From NCBI GenBank assembly GCA_963850305.1, contig CAWKKR010000011.1:384001-448000 (forward strand): a stretch of DNA of 64,000 nucleotides. The letters are read 5' to 3'. Made by a program: the position numbers and the translations under genes. Shown in pieces: positions 1-10,013 of this stretch (positions are counted from its first letter, which is position 1; each line of letters begins with the position of its first letter). The DNA comes from an uncultured delta proteobacterium (GTDB lineage: Bacteria > Myxococcota_A > Polyangia > Polyangiales > Polyangiaceae). Under the pieces are notes generated by a model. That model worked only from the letters and a program-made list of their open reading frames with translations. It searched no databases and was not told the DNA's origin.

Positions 1-161
1 ACGAAGCGCCTCTGTCCTTCGGCGTAGAGCGTATCGAGCGCGAGGCTGCTCTTCCCGGCTCCGGACACCCCCGTGATCGCGACCACGCCGCCGGCGGGCA
101 GCTCCACATCCACGCCCGCCAGGTTGTGCGTTCGAGCGCCCTTGAGCCGTGTCGGCAACAT
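1..161 (-). CDS. uvrA: Excinuclease ABC subunit UvrA, N-terminal part (runs off the window edge)
   Basis: Manual translation from ATG at 161: [53 protein letters not shown], matching the UvrA GARxHNL...TGVSGx[17 protein letters not shown]-terminus. Confidence 0.93.
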   Translation of the reverse strand, partial: MLPTRLKGARTHNLAGVDVELPAGGVVAITGVSGAGKSSLALDTLYAEGQRRF

Positions 162-277
162 GAGCCGGCGACTTAGCACCGCTTTTCGAAAAGCCGTCAA
201 CCGGGCCGGGCCGAGGGCGCGGAGCGCCGGTTTCCCGGGGGTCGCGCGTCCGGCCCGTCGTGTACTAAAGTCCAGGG

Positions 278-880
278 ATGAATCGCGCTAACTTCGCGGG
301 GGCGTTCGCGTTCGTTCTGCTGCCGAGCCTCGCGCTCGCAAACATCTTCCAGAAGTCGGGCACGGAGAAGTGGACCGAACCTTCGGGGCACGCGACGGCC
401 CTCCACGGTGATCTCCTCACCACGGCGAACTACTACGGCCTCGAGACGCTCGCGCTCCACCAATACGGACACTCGGCGTGTGTGCTCGGCGCGGACGAGT
501 CGGCGCTGTCGACACACTCGCGCACGACGCTCAGCGACGTGAAGGCGTGCGAGCCCACCGGCGGGGAACAGTGGAAGCAGGCGGACCTGGGCGCCGGCAA
601 GTTCGTCACCGGCATCGCGACATGCACGGGCAGCGTCGGAGAGAACTCCATCCACGGCGTTCAGCTCTGGGGTGCGACGCTCCGGGCCGACGGCAAGGTC
701 GTCCCCGCCGCGCAGAGCGTGAAGGTCGAGCTCTTCGGCTGCAAGGTATGGCAACAGAAGCAGATGTGTCCCGCCGGCTTCATCGCCACCGGCGTCCGCG
801 CCTACTGGCCCGACGCCACGAACGGCATGTCCGGACTTGCGCTCAGGTGTCACCAGGTCGAGTGGCGCGAGCTGCCGTAG
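278..880 (+). CDS. Secreted hypothetical protein with several Cys
   Basis: Signal-peptide-like N-terminus ending SLALA; GC-rich third codon positions. Confidence 0.7.
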   Translation: MNRANFAGAFAFVLLPSLALANIFQKSGTEKWTEPSGHATALHGDLLTTANYYGLETLALHQYGHSACVLGADESALSTHSRTTLSDVKACEPTGGEQWKQADLGAGKFVTGIATCTGSVGENSIHGVQLWGATLRADGKVVPAAQSVKVELFGCKVWQQKQMCPAGFIATGVRAYWPDATNGMSGLALRCHQVEWRELP

Positions 881-1112
881 CGGGAGCAGAGGAAGAATGC
901 TGCCTCGCGAGAGGGCGCGTGCACAAGGAACGCCGCGTCCCTTTGCCTCCGTGCCCGCGCGCCGGCGGCGCCCGGAAGCCAAGCGTCCCACCGTGAGCGC
1001 GCCGAGTAAATCCGCACCAGCAAAAGATCTGCGGCCGAGGAAACTCGCGCAACGGAGCCAGCGGGGCGTCCGATTCAGGAGGGAGACCGTCGTGGTACCA
1101 TGCAGCACCGCC

Positions 1113-1832
1113 ATGCAGCACCCAGACCCAGGGAGCACTCGAGGAGTGCTCGTGCAGCACCGAGTGCCGGGTTTCTCGGAGCAGTGGCTCATCGGCGATC
1201 CCGTGCCTGAGGCCGCCTGGCACGATCGCGCGGTCGAGCTGCTGAAGGCCTTGCTCGAGCACTGGGTCCAGCGCACCGCCAGAGACGCCTGCGTGTTCCG
1301 CAACCTCGCCGTGCGCGTCTCCAGCGACAACCCGCGTATCGGCTTCGACCCGGACCTCATGGTCGTCGCGCCGGCACCGCCCGGCGCGGAAGACTTGTCG
1401 AGTCTCCGCGTGTGGGAGCCTGGCCACACCGTGCCGTCCCTCGTCATCGAGGTCGTCAGTCCCGGTCACCCGTTCAAGGACTACGCTGAGATCCCCGACC
1501 AGTGCGCGGCCGTCGGCGTCGGAGAGCTGGTCGTGTTCGATCCGCTACTCGTCGGGCCAAAGGCACTGGGCGGTCCGCGACGGTTACAAGTGTGGCGCTG
1601 GACCGACGTCGGCACGTTCGAGCGGATCGCTTCGGGTGAAGGACCCTTCGCGTGCGACCTTCTCGGCGCCTATCTGTGCACGTCCGAAGACGGACGCCGC
1701 TTGCGGATTGCGGACGACGAGAGCGGGCAACGTCTCTGGCCCACGCTGGAGGAAGCCGCTCTCGCGCGGAAGGACGAGGCGCTCGCGCGGATTGCGGAAC
1801 TCGAACACGAGCTGAGTCGGCGCGGGACGTGA
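1113..1832 (+). CDS. Uma2-family (PD-(D/E)xK-like) endonuclease-domain protein
   Basis: PEAAWH, DPDLMV, PSLVIEVVSP..KDY and GVGELVVFDP motifs; C-terminal coiled tail; start codon uncertain. Confidence 0.8.
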   Translation: MQHPDPGSTRGVLVQHRVPGFSEQWLIGDPVPEAAWHDRAVELLKALLEHWVQRTARDACVFRNLAVRVSSDNPRIGFDPDLMVVAPAPPGAEDLSSLRVWEPGHTVPSLVIEVVSPGHPFKDYAEIPDQCAAVGVGELVVFDPLLVGPKALGGPRRLQVWRWTDVGTFERIASGEGPFACDLLGAYLCTSEDGRRLRIADDESGQRLWPTLEEAALARKDEALARIAELEHELSRRGT

Positions 1833-1892
1833 CCGGCTCGACTTCGCTCGAAGCGTTCGAGAGCCCTTCGAGGGGCTTCGAGGGCGCCCGGG

Positions 1893-3230
1893 TTACGGGA
1901 GCGGCCGGTCCGGACGCTCGGCCGCGAGTCGTTCGCGGATCTCGGCGTACACACCGGGGTGGTTCATGAGCTCGAGGTGATGTGCGCCGCCGATGACGCG
2001 GCCGCCGTGAAACGGAATGCTGCGCGCCGGCTCTTCGCCGAAACCGGCGGCGCTCGGTAGCCGGACGAGGACGTCGCCGATGAGCTGCCCGAGGGGATGA
2101 TTGGGGTCCTGGGTGATCGTGGAGCCAATGAAGCAATAGGTGACGGCGTCCACGAACGGGACTCGCTGGCTGTTGTCTTCGAGGAATGCGTCGGGGTCCT
2201 TCCCTTTCCACTCCTCGTCCACGACATATCCGAAGCGGAGGTCCTTGATGCCCGCGCTGCGGCCATTCAGGATCTTCGCGGGCACCTGCGTGCCGGGCGT
2301 ATCGAAGAAGCTCAGCACGGAAGCGAGCACGTTGCTCGCCTTCTCGAGCGGCGCGCCGAGGTTCGGGGAGCCGATGCAGAATACGTGACGGAGCTTTCCG
2401 ACCCAGGTTTCGCCATCGGACGCGGCGTAGTGCGCGGCGCTGCGCGACACGAGCCCGCCCATGCTGTGCCCGATGAGGACGATGTCCTCGACGTCGATCG
2501 GATACGCAGCGACGATGTCGCGGAGGAGTTCCGCGAGATGGCGGCCGTTCTCGGAAATATGGAGGCCCGTGTTGTACCGAACGTAGAGCGGCGTGTAGCC
2601 GAGCTCGTCGCGCAGCATCGTGCCGAAGTTCACGGCGGGGTCGCCGTGGAACTCCTCGGCCAGGAAGCTCCACGCCCACTCGGTGCAGCCGAGCCCATGC
2701 ACGAACACGCAGACCCTGGACGTCGCGTTCGGCACCGCGGCGACGAGGGCAAAGCGACTCGACTCGAGGGGTTCGCCGCCGTGGTGGAGCGCCATGCGGA
2801 TCTGCAGGTCGTTGCCGCGTTCGCTCAGGAAGTCACCGATGGCGCCGTTGAGCGCACCCTCCGCGTGGTCGAGCCACCACGCGAGGGTGCCGGTCGCGCC
2901 GGGCCACATGGGCGTGCGTGCGAGGGCCGTCGCTTCGAATGCGACGCGTTCGTCGATGCCCGCTCCCGCGGCGGCGCTCTTGACGAGCGCGATGCCCGCG
3001 TCCTCGAGCAGGCGAATGCCGTGGTTCGTCGCGCGGATGGCGCCGAAGACGGCGGACGCCGTCAGCCGGCGCGCGCCGTCGACCACCTCGACCGCCTCGG
3101 CGAGCGGCTCGATCCTGGAGAGCAACTCGACGGGCTTTCCGGCGACGGCCTCGTGCGTCTCTTCGACGAGGTCCGTCGTTCGCTCGATCGCGTCATGCAC
3201 GAGGTTCTTCAAGCCGAGAAGCCGCCGCAT
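1893..3230 (-). CDS. Alpha/beta hydrolase (lipase/PGAP1-like)
   Basis: FVHGLG, GHSMGG nucleophile elbow, GSPNLGAPLE, GDVLV, HHLELMNHP. Confidence 0.85.
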   Translation of the reverse strand: MRRLLGLKNLVHDAIERTTDLVEETHEAVAGKPVELLSRIEPLAEAVEVVDGARRLTASAVFGAIRATNHGIRLLEDAGIALVKSAAAGAGIDERVAFEATALARTPMWPGATGTLAWWLDHAEGALNGAIGDFLSERGNDLQIRMALHHGGEPLESSRFALVAAVPNATSRVCVFVHGLGCTEWAWSFLAEEFHGDPAVNFGTMLRDELGYTPLYVRYNTGLHISENGRHLAELLRDIVAAYPIDVEDIVLIGHSMGGLVSRSAAHYAASDGETWVGKLRHVFCIGSPNLGAPLEKASNVLASVLSFFDTPGTQVPAKILNGRSAGIKDLRFGYVVDEEWKGKDPDAFLEDNSQRVPFVDAVTYCFIGSTITQDPNHPLGQLIGDVLVRLPSAAGFGEEPARSIPFHGGRVIGGAHHLELMNHPGVYAEIRERLAAERPDRPLP

Positions 3231-3351
3231 GCCTTCGAGCCATAGCACGGTGCCCGCCGGCCCGCGTTTTGCGAAGGATTTCCGGCATCCTACCGTGAGG
3301 GGCGGTGACGCCCGAGCCTTGGGCGACTTCCGCGGCGCGGCGCGCCTGCGG

Positions 3352-4104
3352 CTATGCGCGCGACTCGTAGACGTTGCCTTCGGGGAACTCGACCGCAGTC
3401 AGGAAGCCGCCGTTCCCGCAGCCGGTGTCGATGCCCACGGTGCATTCGCCGGCCCAGAGATCCGTCGGATCTTCGGGGGTGTAGCCGCTGAGCTCGGGCG
3501 GCAGGTATTCGGTCCGCGTGTGGCCGAACACGACGCGCTTGCCGCGGTAGTTGGCGAAGAACTCTTCGTCGCGGAGCCACAGGAGCGCGATCGGCGCCTT
3601 GACGTCCCTCGGGTGTAAAAATCCGTCCGGGCCTTGTGGCAAGCCCGCGTGGACGTAGATGGCGTGCTCGTCCTCGTACCAGTACGGCAGGCCCTTGAAC
3701 CAGGCGATCACGTCCTCGGGAAAGAAGTCTCCGGACTGAAAGATCAGTCGCTCCTCCGGGCCGGGGAGCTCGCCTTCCTGAGGCACTTTCCCGCCGACGA
3801 ACGAGCGCATGGTGGTCAGGCACCCGTTCGGAGGCGGCATGATGAAGTCATCCCAGCCCTGCTCGATCACGCGAAGCCAGCCGTCCTCGTGATTGCCGCG
3901 GAGAGCTACCACCTTGGCCTTCGTCTGGGACGGGAGCTTTCGCACGTAGTCGACCACCTCCTTCGACTTGGCGCCGCGATCGACGTAGTCGCCGAGAAAG
4001 ACGATGGTGTCCTCGTCGTCGAGCTCCGGGAGCGCGCTCATGATCTTGAAGAGGTGTTCGGCCTCTCCGTGGATGTCGCCGATAGCGAAGGTTCGCCCCG
4101 TCAT
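3352..4104 (-). CDS. Metallophosphoesterase, PPP-type Ser/Thr phosphatase family
   Basis: GDIHG, GDYVDRG, GNHE, VHAG, FGHT and DTG motifs. Confidence 0.92.
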   Translation of the reverse strand: MTGRTFAIGDIHGEAEHLFKIMSALPELDDEDTIVFLGDYVDRGAKSKEVVDYVRKLPSQTKAKVVALRGNHEDGWLRVIEQGWDDFIMPPPNGCLTTMRSFVGGKVPQEGELPGPEERLIFQSGDFFPEDVIAWFKGLPYWYEDEHAIYVHAGLPQGPDGFLHPRDVKAPIALLWLRDEEFFANYRGKRVVFGHTRTEYLPPELSGYTPEDPTDLWAGECTVGIDTGCGNGGFLTAVEFPEGNVYESRA

Positions 4105-4173
4105 TTGCCGAACATCATGTCAGAGCCGCCGCTCGCGGGAAACGTCCTTGACGCGCCGTTCCGTCCCGACCTC

Positions 4174-4224
4174 GGTCCCCCCTCGACGGTCCCCCCTCCC
4201 TCGACGGTCCCCCCTCCCTTGACG
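4174..4224. repeat. 18-bp tandem repeat TCGACGGTCCCCCCTCCC (2 perfect copies plus partial flanks)
   Basis: Copies at 4183-4200 and 4201-4218 in a divergent intergenic region. Confidence 0.85.
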
Positions 4225-4330
4225 AACGAAAAGCCGGACCCATCCTCGTGAAAACGGCGCGAGGCATGTCGCCCGCGCTTGCAAGAACCCGCCGGGTGCG
4301 AACGCCCCGGCGAGGAGAAACGAGAGAGAA

Positions 4331-4825
4331 ATGCATCCTGCAATGATGGATTGGTGGAGCCGGCGTCGTCGCGAACACGAGGCGGCGTGCGGAGAAGGTG
4401 CGACGTGTGGTCACGGAGGCGGCGGTCGTGGCCACCATCACGAGTGGCGGCACGCCGGGGGACACGACGAGGAGTTCGGAGGGGGCGCGTTCGGCGTGCG
4501 GCGTCCGCTCCGGTTCCTCGCGTGGAAGCTGGAGCTCGAAGAGCGTCAGGTCGCCGAGCTGGCCAAGATCCTGGACGACCTGAAGACGGAACGCGCGCAG
4601 GCCGCGGTCGACAATCGACGTTCGACCAGCTCGTTCGCGGACGGCATCGCGGGCGACGGATTCGACGCCGCGAAAGTGAAAGAGGGAGCGGAGCTGCGCG
4701 TGAAGACCGCCGAGCGTTTGCGCGACGCGGTCGTGAACGCGCTCTCGCGCATCCACGCCGTCCTCGACGCCGAACAGCGTCAACGCCTGGCGTACCTGAT
4801 CCGCACAGGCGCGCTCGCCATCTGA
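4331..4825 (+). CDS. Spy/CpxP-like helical protein
   Basis: KLELEERQ and HAVLDAEQRQRL (LTxxQ-like) motifs; Gly/His-rich N-terminus. Confidence 0.7.
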   Translation: MHPAMMDWWSRRRREHEAACGEGATCGHGGGGRGHHHEWRHAGGHDEEFGGGAFGVRRPLRFLAWKLELEERQVAELAKILDDLKTERAQAAVDNRRSTSSFADGIAGDGFDAAKVKEGAELRVKTAERLRDAVVNALSRIHAVLDAEQRQRLAYLIRTGALAI

Positions 4826-4833
4826 ATCGAGCC

Positions 4834-5838
4834 ATGGACGCCATCACCACCGAAGAGCCCGCAGAAGACCTCCTGGACGCGTATTCGAGAGCCGTCGTGG
4901 GCGTCGCGGCTCGCGTGAGCCCTTCGGTGGTGAAGATCGAAGTGCAGGCAGCGAAGGGCGACGGCGGTCCGCGCCGCGGTCGCGGCTCGCAAAGACCCGA
5001 GGGGGGCGTGGGCTCGGGTTTCGTCTTCACGCCGGACGGCTACGTGCTCACGAACAGCCACGTCGTGCATGGTGCGCACGGCATTCGCGTGACGTTCTCG
5101 AGTGGGGACTCGGTGCCGGCCGACCTCGTCGGGGATGATCCGGACACGGACGTCGCGGTGGTCAAAGCGTGGGAGCGCGACCTGCCCGCGGTCACGCTTG
5201 GGGAGTCGGCGGGGTTGAAGGTCGGTCAGCTCGTCGTCGCCATCGGGAATCCGCTGGGGTTTCAGTGCACGGTCACCGCCGGCGTCGTGAGCGCGCTCGG
5301 ACGATCGCTCCGGAGCCGCACGGGGCGTCTCATCGACGACGTGGTTCAGACCGACGCCGCGTTGAACCCGGGGAACTCCGGCGGACCGCTCGTCACGAGC
5401 CGCGGGGAGGTCGTCGGTGTGAACACGGCGATGATTCCCGCGGCCCAGGGCATCTGCTTCGCCATCGGCATCAACACGGCCGCGTTCGTGGTCGGACGGC
5501 TGCTCCGCGACGGGCACATTCGCCGGAGTTACATCGGCGTGGCGGGGCAAACGGTGCCCCTCGTGCGCAAGCTCGTGCGCCACCACGCGCTCGTGAACGA
5601 GGGCGGAGTCTTCGTGGCCTCGGTCGAGCCGGCCAGCCCTGCGGCTCGAGCAGGGCTTCGGGACGGAGACATCATCGTGTCGTTCGCCGGCGACGCGGTC
5701 CACGGCATCGACGATCTGCATCGACGACTGACGGACGACCGCGTCGGCAACACCTCGGAGCTCGTCGTGCTCCGCGGGACACAGAAACTGACGTTCAGCG
5801 TCGTGCCCGCGCAAGCGCCCGAACGGTCGGCGGCGTAG
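4834..5838 (+). CDS. HtrA/DegQ-like serine protease with one PDZ domain
   Basis: TNSHVV, DVAVVK and GNSGGPL catalytic triad motifs; SPAARAGLRDGDII PDZ motif. Confidence 0.93.
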   Translation: MDAITTEEPAEDLLDAYSRAVVGVAARVSPSVVKIEVQAAKGDGGPRRGRGSQRPEGGVGSGFVFTPDGYVLTNSHVVHGAHGIRVTFSSGDSVPADLVGDDPDTDVAVVKAWERDLPAVTLGESAGLKVGQLVVAIGNPLGFQCTVTAGVVSALGRSLRSRTGRLIDDVVQTDAALNPGNSGGPLVTSRGEVVGVNTAMIPAAQGICFAIGINTAAFVVGRLLRDGHIRRSYIGVAGQTVPLVRKLVRHHALVNEGGVFVASVEPASPAARAGLRDGDIIVSFAGDAVHGIDDLHRRLTDDRVGNTSELVVLRGTQKLTFSVVPAQAPERSAA

Positions 5839-5853
5839 CGTAGAAGGATGCGG

Positions 5854-6354
5854 TCAAAGCGGGTCCGGCTTGGTCGCATGGCAGCCGTCCGCGACGGGAA
5901 CCTCGCAATTGGCGATGGTGTCGTGAGATTTCCACGTCACGGAATCGCAGATCTGAACCGAGGGCTTCCTCGGAGCGAGTGGGTCGCGCGATCGGTCCTC
6001 GACGAACGTGAGCTTGCAGCCGCCCTGGCCGTCGGAGAGAACGAGCCAATCGTCGCGAACGGGATCGCCCTCTGCCGTGAAGAACGACCGCGTCCCGAAG
6101 GCGGGCCGGCAAGCCTTGAGCGCGGCTTCGACGCATTCCCCGACCGGCTGCACGCGGCAAAGCGTGTCGGTCCTGGACTCGGGCGCCCCGCCGCAGTCCT
6201 GGATCGCGTCGCCTCCTGCGCGGCGAAGGTCGAGTACCTTCGCGCTCGGCGGGACATTGGGGCGGCGCTCGGTGGCGCCGCATCCGACCGCCGTCGAGCA
6301 CAGCGCGAGAGCCCACGCTGCCAGGCCCGGTGCCCGTCGGAGAAAATCACCCAT
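5854..6354 (-). CDS. Hypothetical Cys-containing lipoprotein
   Basis: Hydrophobic leader with lipobox AVGC. Confidence 0.65.
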   Translation of the reverse strand: MGDFLRRAPGLAAWALALCSTAVGCGATERRPNVPPSAKVLDLRRAGGDAIQDCGGAPESRTDTLCRVQPVGECVEAALKACRPAFGTRSFFTAEGDPVRDDWLVLSDGQGGCKLTFVEDRSRDPLAPRKPSVQICDSVTWKSHDTIANCEVPVADGCHATKPDPL

Positions 6355-6395
6355 CGGAGGGCGACCGTATCATACGGCGCGCGACCGCCGAATCC

Positions 6396-7055
6396 TCAAT
6401 GGGACGACGGAGGACGAGACAGCGGCATCGCCGGATTGTTCGGATTGTCGTACCCGAACCAAACCCCCTGCTCCCAGCCCGCGCAGGGGCCCCCGATGCC
6501 GTCGTAGTGCGGACCGGGACACACGTCGCCATGCTCGGCGAGAGCGACGCGAGCAAAGTCCGTCGATTCACAGGACTCCCCGGACGCGGAGTGTACTCGC
6601 CAATCGAAGCGAATGCCTTGGACATCCGCAGGGGCAACGCCAGCCGGCAGAGGGTACGCGAGGAATACCGCGCCCGTTTGCCCGCTGTCGATGTCCGCCG
6701 TGCGGCTCACCCGGACCGGAGCTGGAACGAGAAGAGGGCCCGCGCGCGCCGTGCGTAGCTCCAAGCCCGACGGCACCACCGTGACCGGTGCGCTGGACCG
6801 ATTCTCGAGTTGCACACGAACATCGATGGCGGGCTCGGGCTCGGCGCGCACCTCCGAGCGTACCGTTGCGTCGCCGATGACGGACGGACCGACGCGGATT
6901 TCGTATTTCGCCGCCGGATAGGTCCCATCGACGGTGGCGACGGGAGCGCCGAGCGGCTGGAGCGCGACGTTGTCTTCGCTGACGCATCCGTACAGCGCGA
7001 GCGCTGCGGCGACCATGACGCCCGCGCTGGACAGGAAGTCTCTGGGGGTTCGCAT
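6396..7055 (-). CDS. Hypothetical lipoprotein
   Basis: MRTPRDF...ALALYGC lipobox; it is the 3' part of the long shadow ORF 6396..8822. Confidence 0.65.
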   Translation of the reverse strand: MRTPRDFLSSAGVMVAAALALYGCVSEDNVALQPLGAPVATVDGTYPAAKYEIRVGPSVIGDATVRSEVRAEPEPAIDVRVQLENRSSAPVTVVPSGLELRTARAGPLLVPAPVRVSRTADIDSGQTGAVFLAYPLPAGVAPADVQGIRFDWRVHSASGESCESTDFARVALAEHGDVCPGPHYDGIGGPCAGWEQGVWFGYDNPNNPAMPLSRPPSSH

Positions 7056-7262
7056 GGGCAACGTCCTCCGAAACCGACGAGCATCACGTGCCCGCAACTC
7101 GAGCTTTGAGCTCGCGTGCCGTCGCGTAAACCCTGCGAAATGTCGGAGCTCGCCTTCGGCCGGGCCGGCTGAAACAAAAGGCCACGCTCCGGCGTAGAAG
7201 CCGGGCGACGAATGCGTATCCTTGGAGCTGAAACGGGCACCCCACCGGGAGGCAAAAGCCAG

Positions 7263-8279
7263 ATGGAAGATCACAAGTACCCGAAACCCCCCGAGAGCGA
7301 GCTCCGTGAAAAACTCTCGCCCGTCGAGTACGAGGTGACGCAGCACGACGCGACGGAGCCGCCCTTCGCGAATCGATACTGGAACAACCACGCACCGGGT
7401 CTCTACGTGGACGTGGCGAGCGGCGAGCCGCTCTTCACGTCGCTGGACAAGTTCGACTCCGGCACCGGCTGGCCGAGCTTCACTGCGCCGGTCGACGAAG
7501 GACGCATCGTCTCGCGAACGGATCGCAAGCTGTTCATGACGCGCACCGAGGTGCGCTCGCGCGACGGCGACTCGCACCTGGGCCACGTCTTCGAGGACGG
7601 CCCGGCTCCGACCGGTCTCAGGTATTGCATCAACTCGGCCGCCCTTCGCTTCGTCCCGGTCGAGCGCCTGGAAGCGGAAGGTTACGGCGCGTTCGTGGAG
7701 CGGTTCGCGGGCGCGCGACGGGCACCCGATCAGGCTCGCGACAACGCATGCGCAGTTCCGGCCGCAGGTGAAAAGCCGAGCTGCGAAGCAACCCTGGAGA
7801 CGGTGGTCCTCGCCGGGGGTTGTTTTTGGGGCATGCAAGACCTGCTGCGAAAGATCCCCGGCGTCGTCGAAACGGAGGTCGGATATGCGGGCGGCACGAC
7901 GCCGAACGCAACGTATCGGGATGTCTGCACCGGTCGCACCGGGCACGCGGAGTCCGTGCGCATCGTCTTCGACCCGAAGAAGCTGCCCTTCTCGGAGCTC
8001 CTGGAGAAATGGTTCTTTCGCATGCACGATCCGACGACCGTGAACCGTCAGGGCAACGACCGCGGCACCCAGTACCGCTCGGCGATCTTCGTCACGTCGC
8101 CGGAGCAACGCAGGATCGCGGAGGAAGTGAAGCAGCGCGTGGATGCGTCCGGCAAGTGGCGCGGCCACGTCGTGACCGAAATCACGGACGCGCCGTCCTT
8201 CACGACGGCCGAGGAGTACCACCAAGATTATCTCGAGAAGAACCCCGGGGGTTACACGTGCCACTTTCTCCGCGAGTGA
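7263..8279 (+). CDS. msrAB: Bifunctional peptide methionine sulfoxide reductase (MsrB N-terminal, MsrA C-terminal)
   Basis: Msr[27 protein letters not shown]. Msr[31 protein letters not shown]. Confidence 0.95.
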   Translation: MEDHKYPKPPESELREKLSPVEYEVTQHDATEPPFANRYWNNHAPGLYVDVASGEPLFTSLDKFDSGTGWPSFTAPVDEGRIVSRTDRKLFMTRTEVRSRDGDSHLGHVFEDGPAPTGLRYCINSAALRFVPVERLEAEGYGAFVERFAGARRAPDQARDNACAVPAAGEKPSCEATLETVVLAGGCFWGMQDLLRKIPGVVETEVGYAGGTTPNATYRDVCTGRTGHAESVRIVFDPKKLPFSELLEKWFFRMHDPTTVNRQGNDRGTQYRSAIFVTSPEQRRIAEEVKQRVDASGKWRGHVVTEITDAPSFTTAEEYHQDYLEKNPGGYTCHFLRE

Positions 8280-8327
8280 CGCTCGTCGAACGCGGGACGA
8301 CGGCGGCATGATACAAGCCCCGGGCGC

Positions 8328-8792
8328 ATGGCCAAGCCCAAGGACAGCAGTGTCGTCGCGACGAACCGCCGCGCGCACTTCGACTATGAGCTCGGCGAGA
8401 AATACGAAGCCGGCTTGAGCCTGCTCGGCAGCGAAGTGCGCTCGCTCCGCGTGAACGGCGCCGACGTCTCCACGGCGTGGGTCGACATCACCCATCGCGG
8501 CGAGGCGTTCGTGAAGGAGATGCGAATCCCGGTGCTCGTCCACGCGGCGTTCGGGCACCAGGAAAGGCGCGAACGCAAGCTGCTGCTGCACCGTGCGGAG
8601 ATCGAGACGCTGCGCGGCTCGATCGAACGCGAGGGCATGACGCTGATCGCGACGCGTTGCTATTTCAAGGACGGCCGCGCCAAGCTCGAGTTCTGTGTGG
8701 CTCGCGGCAAGAAGAAGCACGACAAGCGACAGAGTCTGCGCGAGAAGGACTCCGCCCGTGAAGCGCGGCAGGCCATGCGGCGCGGACGATGA
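8328..8792 (+). CDS. smpB: SsrA-binding protein SmpB
   Basis: ATNRRAHFDY, EAGLSL.GSEVRSLR, RKLLLH, ARGKKKHDKR. Confidence 0.96.
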   Translation: MAKPKDSSVVATNRRAHFDYELGEKYEAGLSLLGSEVRSLRVNGADVSTAWVDITHRGEAFVKEMRIPVLVHAAFGHQERRERKLLLHRAEIETLRGSIEREGMTLIATRCYFKDGRAKLEFCVARGKKKHDKRQSLREKDSAREARQAMRRGR

Positions 8793-9055
8793 GCGTCGTG
8801 CTCTCGGTGGCGGGCGGCGCAACCGCCACGGTCGCGGAAACGGACGGCGTGCACGTCGTGCTCCAGGCGACGATATCCTCTCCTCCCGGATCGACGCTCT
8901 CGATGACCCTTGACGGCGACGCGCGGGTCATCCGGGTGAAGGTGCGCGGCTGCAAGAAGCTCCCCGACGAGCTGGGGTTTCGCATCGAGGGTCGCCTCGT
9001 CGATCTCACGAAGGAGCAGCGCACGCGGCTCATGGAGCGCCGGGATCCACGGTGA
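8789..9055 (+). CDS. Small hypothetical protein coupled to smpB
   Basis: ATGA overlap with the smpB stop; beta-rich, possibly PilZ-like. Confidence 0.6.
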   Translation: MSVVLSVAGGATATVAETDGVHVVLQATISSPPGSTLSMTLDGDARVIRVKVRGCKKLPDELGFRIEGRLVDLTKEQRTRLMERRDPR

Positions 9056-10013
9056 GCACCAGCGAGCCCCCGAGCCACGCGCCGCCGAGGCGACTCGCGT
9101 CCGCACGGCCGTTGGACACGGGGCGAAGGACTACCCCCAGATCCGGACCAACCCCCAGACTCAGAAATCGTCCGATGCGGATCTGCACCTTCGCGAAAGC
9201 GCCGGCCCGGGCGGACCACCCGTCCATCGAGCCTTCCGTCACTTCGGAGCCGGTCACGTTCGTCGAGGCGGCCGCGAGAGAGAGCCCGGCATCGAGCGCG
9301 ACGGTCCGCGCCAGTGCAAACGATTGAGCGAAGGAGAGCGACGCTTCGAGCCACCGGAAGCCGTCGTCGCCGTAACGACCCGCTAGCCACCCCGCGCCCA
9401 GCGACAATCGCTGCCCTGTGTCGAAGCGCAGCGTCGCGGCGAGCTCGGGCCCGGCGAGCCACGCGGACGCGCCACCGAGTGCTGCGCCGCGCGCCCCGGC
9501 CGATGCGACGAAGCGCGCGTGAATGGGGAATCCTTCCGCTCGACCGCCATCAGCGCGATCTGCGGTAACCGCCTGGCGGGCCGCAGCGAGCTCCGCCATG
9601 CGGCGTCTCTGGAGCTGGCGCCCGAGTTCGGCGGCGGCAAGCGCGATGCGGCGTGCCTTCAAGTGATCGGTGCCGGCGCCAGAGACGCTCCGGGCTCCAT
9701 ACGGCTTTCCGAGCTCCCACAGCTCCACACGAACCGCGCCCTCCGGAAGAGGCAGGATGCGAAAATAGAGCGGCGGACGAAACGGGACGCCAGACGGTGC
9801 AGCTACGTCCAGATCGGCCGTCTCGAGCACGACCAGCCGCTCCGTGAGGCGCACGTCGAGCCGCGACGCGGCGTCGGGTGAGATCTCGAGAATCAGGCGC
9901 TCGTGCGGTTCCGCGTGCACTGCGCCGGCAGCGAGAACCACCGCCGAGGCGCAAAGGAGCGGCCAGACAGTGGCTCTAGCGGGGAACCCCGGCGTCAGGA
10001 AGAAGCGGCTCAC
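9030..10013 (-). CDS. Secreted hypothetical protein with a possible C-terminal beta-barrel; third gene of the ECF operon
   Basis: Signal-like segment ending AVHA; alternating amphipathic C-terminal strands; start uncertain. Confidence 0.6.
   Translation of the reverse strand: MSRFFLTPGFPARATVWPLLCASAVVLAAGAVHAEPHERLILEISPDAASRLDVRLTERLVVLETADLDVAAPSGVPFRPPLYFRILPLPEGAVRVELWELGKPYGARSVSGAGTDHLKARRIALAAAELGRQLQRRRMAELAAARQAVTADRADGGRAEGFPIHARFVASAGARGAALGGASAWLAGPELAATLRFDTGQRLSLGAGWLAGRYGDDGFRWLEASLSFAQSFALARTVALDAGLSLAAASTNVTGSEVTEGSMDGWSARAGAFAKVQIRIGRFLSLGVGPDLGVVLRPVSNGRADASRLGGAWLGGSLVLTVDPGAP

Noticed and set aside
6396..8822. Long antisense or alternative-frame ORFs (this 808-aa ORF; also 16774-18285, 51817-53610 and the 5' part of 32405-35176)
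   Set aside because: Shadow ORFs of well-supported genes, as expected in high-GC DNA
8280..9060. tmRNA (ssrA) beside smpB
   Set aside because: The flanks are fully coding and no tRNA-like ends were seen
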